DNA of 64,000 nt, taken from contig JBHLQM010000004.1 in NCBI GenBank assembly GCA_048884785.1, forward strand, positions 41,227 to 105,226, in the 5' to 3' direction. How positions within the stretch are numbered: the first letter of the stretch is position 1; each line of letters begins with the position of its first letter. Both the position numbers and the translations under genes were made by a program. Shown here one piece after another: positions 60,065 through 64,000 of this stretch. The DNA is from Candidatus Thorarchaeota archaeon (GTDB lineage: Archaea > Asgardarchaeota > Thorarchaeia > Thorarchaeales > Thorarchaeaceae). The notes under the pieces are model-generated. The model had not been told where the DNA came from, searched no databases, and was given only the letters and a program-made list of their open reading frames with translations.

Positions 60065-60248
60065 GCGACTCTGTGTCTAGTTAGAAACGACTTTTCACTG
60101 TGAGTAGAGTTTCCAATATGAGTAGTTTTCTATCATCGAAGAACAACGGCAGGTACCCTTAATCTAACGCTTTAGCGCACATTGGCCGTAAATTCAATTT
60201 GACCTTTGAGTGCTCTTTCTGTGTAGGAATCGGAACTGAGGAAAGCGC

Positions 60249-61382
60249 TTACACTCTGTACTCTAGTGACAATGACGAGTACATATTCCGGAGTTTCGGA
60301 TATCGATCCGGTTTTGATAGCACGTCCGTAGAGTTGACATACTGATCCACCCCTCCGAGATACTTTGAGAGCGACAGGACCTCCTCATCTTGGATTGCTG
60401 CATAGATTGCTTCAGCGAAATCATCAGCCCCAATCACCAAGAACGGTCGGTTGTGAAAGTTTGACACCTTGGCTTTCATGGGTTCTGTAATGCCGAGGTC
60501 ATTATGCATGCCAGCCACTATCTCATATGCTCTCACAAGGTGTTCTTGTCGCTCTTCCCAAGAAGTCGCTTCAAATACACGTTCAAGAATTGGCGTCAAT
60601 ATACTTGCACTCTTGAGCTTTGAAAAAGCTGTTCCAAACCATTTGATATATGGCGCATATTGCTTCTCCATCACAAAACAGAGCTTCATGATGTCGTATA
60701 CCAGTCTAGAACCAATAACGCGAGAGCCTAGCTCATCTCCTACTTGTCCACACCGTCCCATGAAGTGCTCTTCTTGAGCTATTCGTCGCCATTGAGTCGA
60801 CAAGATGTACAACCATACATCATTTGGATAGTATGACAGCTTCTCCATAATGGGCTGCAACTGCTCAAGTCCATCATGGAATATGCGTCCATGTGCAATG
60901 CTTCGTAATCGCTGCTCAGGAATCACAACCCAATCTATCGGGCTCATCTTCTCAAGTGGATTCGGTGTGAGATATCTCTCGAAGTAGTCCCTGATTGTAA
61001 CTATCTTGACTTCGTGATTGAGTGGTCTATCCTCTGAGAACTGCATAAAGATAGGTCCATCATCTCCATGGATTCCGAAGTTTATGGGGAATCCACGAAT
61101 CTCTGCAGGTAAATTGTGACCTAGAAAAGTGTCTATTGATTCGTGGTATTTCTCATGGTCCTTTTCGCCAAGAAAGATTAGCAACTTCGGTCCCCAATCG
61201 TGGTCCCTAGACTGCTCCGTATCAAAACCTAGTACATCTGATCCCGCCCCCAGATGACCTGCAGAGTATGCAAGGTCTGGATACTCTGTATCTAAAAGCG
61301 GTCTAACGGCTTCCTCATAGAAAAACTGGCTGAGGTCTAGTCCTTTCATAAACCTGTCAGTTGATGGAGATTTTGAACTCAT
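60249..61382 (-). CDS. DUF4037 domain protein (nucleotidyltransferase-like)
   Basis: GAGSDVLGFD..SRDHDWGP, YYPNDVW, YAPYIKW. Confidence 0.85.
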   Translation of the reverse strand: MSSKSPSTDRFMKGLDLSQFFYEEAVRPLLDTEYPDLAYSAGHLGAGSDVLGFDTEQSRDHDWGPKLLIFLGEKDHEKYHESIDTFLGHNLPAEIRGFPINFGIHGDDGPIFMQFSEDRPLNHEVKIVTIRDYFERYLTPNPLEKMSPIDWVVIPEQRLRSIAHGRIFHDGLEQLQPIMEKLSYYPNDVWLYILSTQWRRIAQEEHFMGRCGQVGDELGSRVIGSRLVYDIMKLCFVMEKQYAPYIKWFGTAFSKLKSASILTPILERVFEATSWEERQEHLVRAYEIVAGMHNDLGITEPMKAKVSNFHNRPFLVIGADDFAEAIYAAIQDEEVLSLSKYLGGVDQYVNSTDVLSKPDRYPKLRNMYSSLSLEYRV

Positions 61383-61588
61383 GATGGATTCCCCGAAAAG
61401 GAGAGTGAATGGCTAAAATGCATTTGAACCGGTGATCTAATGTTCTATCTAGTCCCGCCACACGCTCTTTGGGCAATCCCGGCTGCCTCCTCTGTGTTAA
61501 AGCTTTCGCACTCCGCCAACTTATGAGCCAGAAAATGCCCTTACCAAAGCATGATATAGATTGAATTCAGGAGATACATCGACTAATC

Positions 61589-62314
61589 ATGAAACTCCTC
61601 CCAGATGTTCCTGATAATTTCCAACCGAATTCGTTGGATCTTGTACTGGCTACGTTGGCGGCAATTGGATTACCTATCGCTGCTGGATTTCTTTTTAATG
61701 CAACAGGTGCATTGATTCCCCTGATTCTGTACTACGGTGTGTTCTGTTGGGCTATCGTCAAATGGAGACGAGGAGCAATCGGGTATGAACTAAACAAGGG
61801 CGAACTTCGAAAGCAATTCATAGGTTATGTTAGTCCATTGTTTGCTGTTCTATTAACGTTACAGCTAATTCTGGTAGGGTTCGAGTTCATCAGTTTTCAG
61901 CAAGTATCCGACTTCAACCTTTTGGGCTTTATTATCACGCTGGCAATATGGCCTGTACTTAATGCATTTTCTGAGCAGCTCATCTGGATCTATACTTTCG
62001 ATTCCTATGCGGAGTTTTTCAAGGAAGGCCCAAAGAGGAAGGTGATGATTGCATTTGGTGGTTTATTGTACATTGCTTTCATCAGTTTGATTCATCTATT
62101 ATTCTGGATCTTGGTTCTTCCACAAGGGCAAAGTGTATTTCCAGTCAGTCAGTTATTTATTCCCATACAAACAGCGATATCAATTGGTTACATCTTCCTG
62201 TATAGAACATCAAAAAGCATGTGGCCCTTAGCTATTATTCACGTTCTGATAAACATTGTAGCAATAGCACTTAGTGGATACTCGATTCTGCCAGTACTGC
62301 TGGTATTCAGCTAA
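61589..62314 (+). CDS. CPBP/Abi-like intramembrane protease family protein (degenerate)
   Basis: Multiple TMs; FSEQLIW, IH, LYRTSKSMWPLAIIHVLIN. Confidence 0.65.
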   Translation: MKLLPDVPDNFQPNSLDLVLATLAAIGLPIAAGFLFNATGALIPLILYYGVFCWAIVKWRRGAIGYELNKGELRKQFIGYVSPLFAVLLTLQLILVGFEFISFQQVSDFNLLGFIITLAIWPVLNAFSEQLIWIYTFDSYAEFFKEGPKRKVMIAFGGLLYIAFISLIHLLFWILVLPQGQSVFPVSQLFIPIQTAISIGYIFLYRTSKSMWPLAIIHVLINIVAIALSGYSILPVLLVFS

Positions 62315-62451
62315 TCCCCCAATCTTTGCTGATTTCGAAACGCATGGGCTATGACTTTTTTGCCATGGTTATTGAATGTTAACTACTCACACTCTTGTTC
62401 AAGTCATAAAAGATGCATTTGTTTATCAGGCGCACTCACTTGTGTTATGCC

Positions 62452-63081
62452 ATGAAAAAGGATCCAAAGGATATCGTAAAAGAGGGATACAACAAGATTG
62501 CTAGACAATATGATGAGTACCGTGAATCTTTCAATAACGAAACTGAGCTTAATGAATTTATGAGCCTACTAAAACCCGGTGGCCCTATCCTAGATGCTGG
62601 TTGTGGGTCAGGTGTAGTCGCCCGAATTCTTGTTGACAAAGGATTTCAAGTAACTGGTATTGACATCTCTCTGAAAATGCTTGAACTTGCAAAAAGCCTT
62701 GTACCGGAAGCAACCTTTGAAGTTGGCGACATGACAGCACTTCAGTTTGAGGATGACTCGTTTGATGGCATTGTTTCAACTTATGCTGTCTTTCATATTC
62801 CAAGGGAAGAGCACTTCGGTCTTTTCCAAGACTTTCATCGCATGCTGAAAAAGGGAGGAGCACTTCTCCTCAGCATCGGCTCTAAGGAATCTGGAGCTGA
62901 CGAAGCTTGGGTGTGGGATGAATTCCAATCTGTACCTATGTATTCAAGCTATTATCCTCCCTCGAAGACTGTTGAGCTACTCGAGTCTGCTGATTTTCAG
63001 ATTGTGTTTGCTAGAAATGCTGAGATTGTTTTTGGGGGAAATCCAGAAACGCACTTCTGGATTCTTGCTAAAGCAATATAA
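62452..63081 (+). CDS. Class I SAM-dependent methyltransferase
   Basis: LDAGCGSG, GIDIS, GDM, FDGIV, LKKGG. Confidence 0.92.
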   Translation: MKKDPKDIVKEGYNKIARQYDEYRESFNNETELNEFMSLLKPGGPILDAGCGSGVVARILVDKGFQVTGIDISLKMLELAKSLVPEATFEVGDMTALQFEDDSFDGIVSTYAVFHIPREEHFGLFQDFHRMLKKGGALLLSIGSKESGADEAWVWDEFQSVPMYSSYYPPSKTVELLESADFQIVFARNAEIVFGGNPETHFWILAKAI

Positions 63082-63089
63082 TAAAGCAC

Positions 63090-63536
63090 TCACGCTAGAT
63101 AGGTTGATAGTAGCCTTGATACATCCTCAGCATATTTTGTACAATTCTTGAAAACACCCTTTTCGATTGCTTTCATCATTCCCTCCTTTGTGACCACGTC
63201 ATACGGAATCAGCTCTCGACAGAGAATCGACCCATTGATTGAGGTGAATTCTTCAAGTAATCGAGTGGAGATTTCAGCTACCTTTGTATCTAATGGCGTT
63301 CCATTGCCAAATTCAAGGCCTATAGCCATTAGAGCACCTGTCAATGCTCCACAGATATTTCCAGTTCCATTAATTCCGCCACTAAATGCCGAGGCGATTT
63401 TCATACAAGTTTCAGCGCCAACTTCTTTTGATCCTAGAAATGGACCAAATGTTGCGAAAACTGCTTGCGCACAATGTGCCTTTCTGTCATCCATTAGCTT
63501 ACTTACAGCACGTGTCATCTCGGATGAATGAGTCAT
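63090..63536 (-). CDS. C_GCAxxG_C_C family putative redox protein
   Basis: HCAQAV, AFSGGI, ICGALTGA, LCREL, NCTKY. Confidence 0.9.
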   Translation of the reverse strand: MTHSSEMTRAVSKLMDDRKAHCAQAVFATFGPFLGSKEVGAETCMKIASAFSGGINGTGNICGALTGALMAIGLEFGNGTPLDTKVAEISTRLLEEFTSINGSILCRELIPYDVVTKEGMMKAIEKGVFKNCTKYAEDVSRLLSTYLA

Positions 63537-64000
63537 TGTATCACATCCTCTTGACAAACAGAGATTGCAACGCTACCCACTTTGTGTCCTTTATATTTGT
63601 CGTAGAATCCACTAGGCGTTTGAGAGATGCCTGCCTGAGCTTTATGTATGATTCATCACAGTAGATACCTGCCACTTTTGCCGACATCCTTACAACTGAA
63701 AATCTGTTAGGTACAATTACTTGAGCCGATCTGCTTGCATTATTAGAATAATAATAGAGGCTCATAAATCGATAGTTGTAATCGATTGTGCTATCTCTCA
63801 CTTCTAAAGAGCTGAAGCCTTTAATATTCGAAATGTCGTTCACCAATTATGAGCAACCATCCTCGCAATCGACTGGAAGCGAATGGAGTCTACCTAGGCC
63901 AACTTGGTTTAGGAATAGAGCATTTCGTCCGTGGAGTAAGTGAGATAAAACATCTCACAAGAGAGGAGCATAATAGGAATATCCTAGATGAAGCCTACAA

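Noticed and set aside
18-63664. Numerous 60-160 aa ORFs antisense to or nested in the called genes
   Set aside because: Shadow frames of well-supported CDSs
63541-63846. 101-aa minus-strand ORF
   Set aside because: No recognisable motif or RBS; may be degraded sequence

Overview
Gene-dense archaeal chromosomal segment, probably Asgard (Thorarchaeia-like). The assignment rests on archaeal TFBs and SSB, GGAGG/GGTGA ribosome-binding sites, a longin-like protein, and the KPIGTITMCFP-type helical-repeat and LDLSPL-type LRR families that I recall as expanded in Thorarchaeia. I found no rRNA, complete tRNA, CRISPR array or transposase. The left half holds: a redox operon (membrane protein with CX4CH and His-rich TM module, GlcD-like flavoprotein, two GlcF-like Fe-S proteins, FAD oxidoreductase); a ~2100-aa polytopic membrane protein with 11-residue amphipathic repeats; a receiver plus a membrane Zn-ribbon/wHTH protein; two tandem TFB paralogues; a feoA / split feoB / feoC operon; larA; a longin-like gene; and cysS. 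The right half is an accessory region of small enzymes and regulators (PadR, DinB, TrmO, GNAT, retropepsin, GH3, AKR, LRR, PhzF, ABC-2, TetR, DUF4386/6326/4037, methyltransferase). Two ORFs marked '-' in the supplied track (43918-44883, 44919-45848) actually read on the + strand. All family calls are from motif recognition only; no searches were run.
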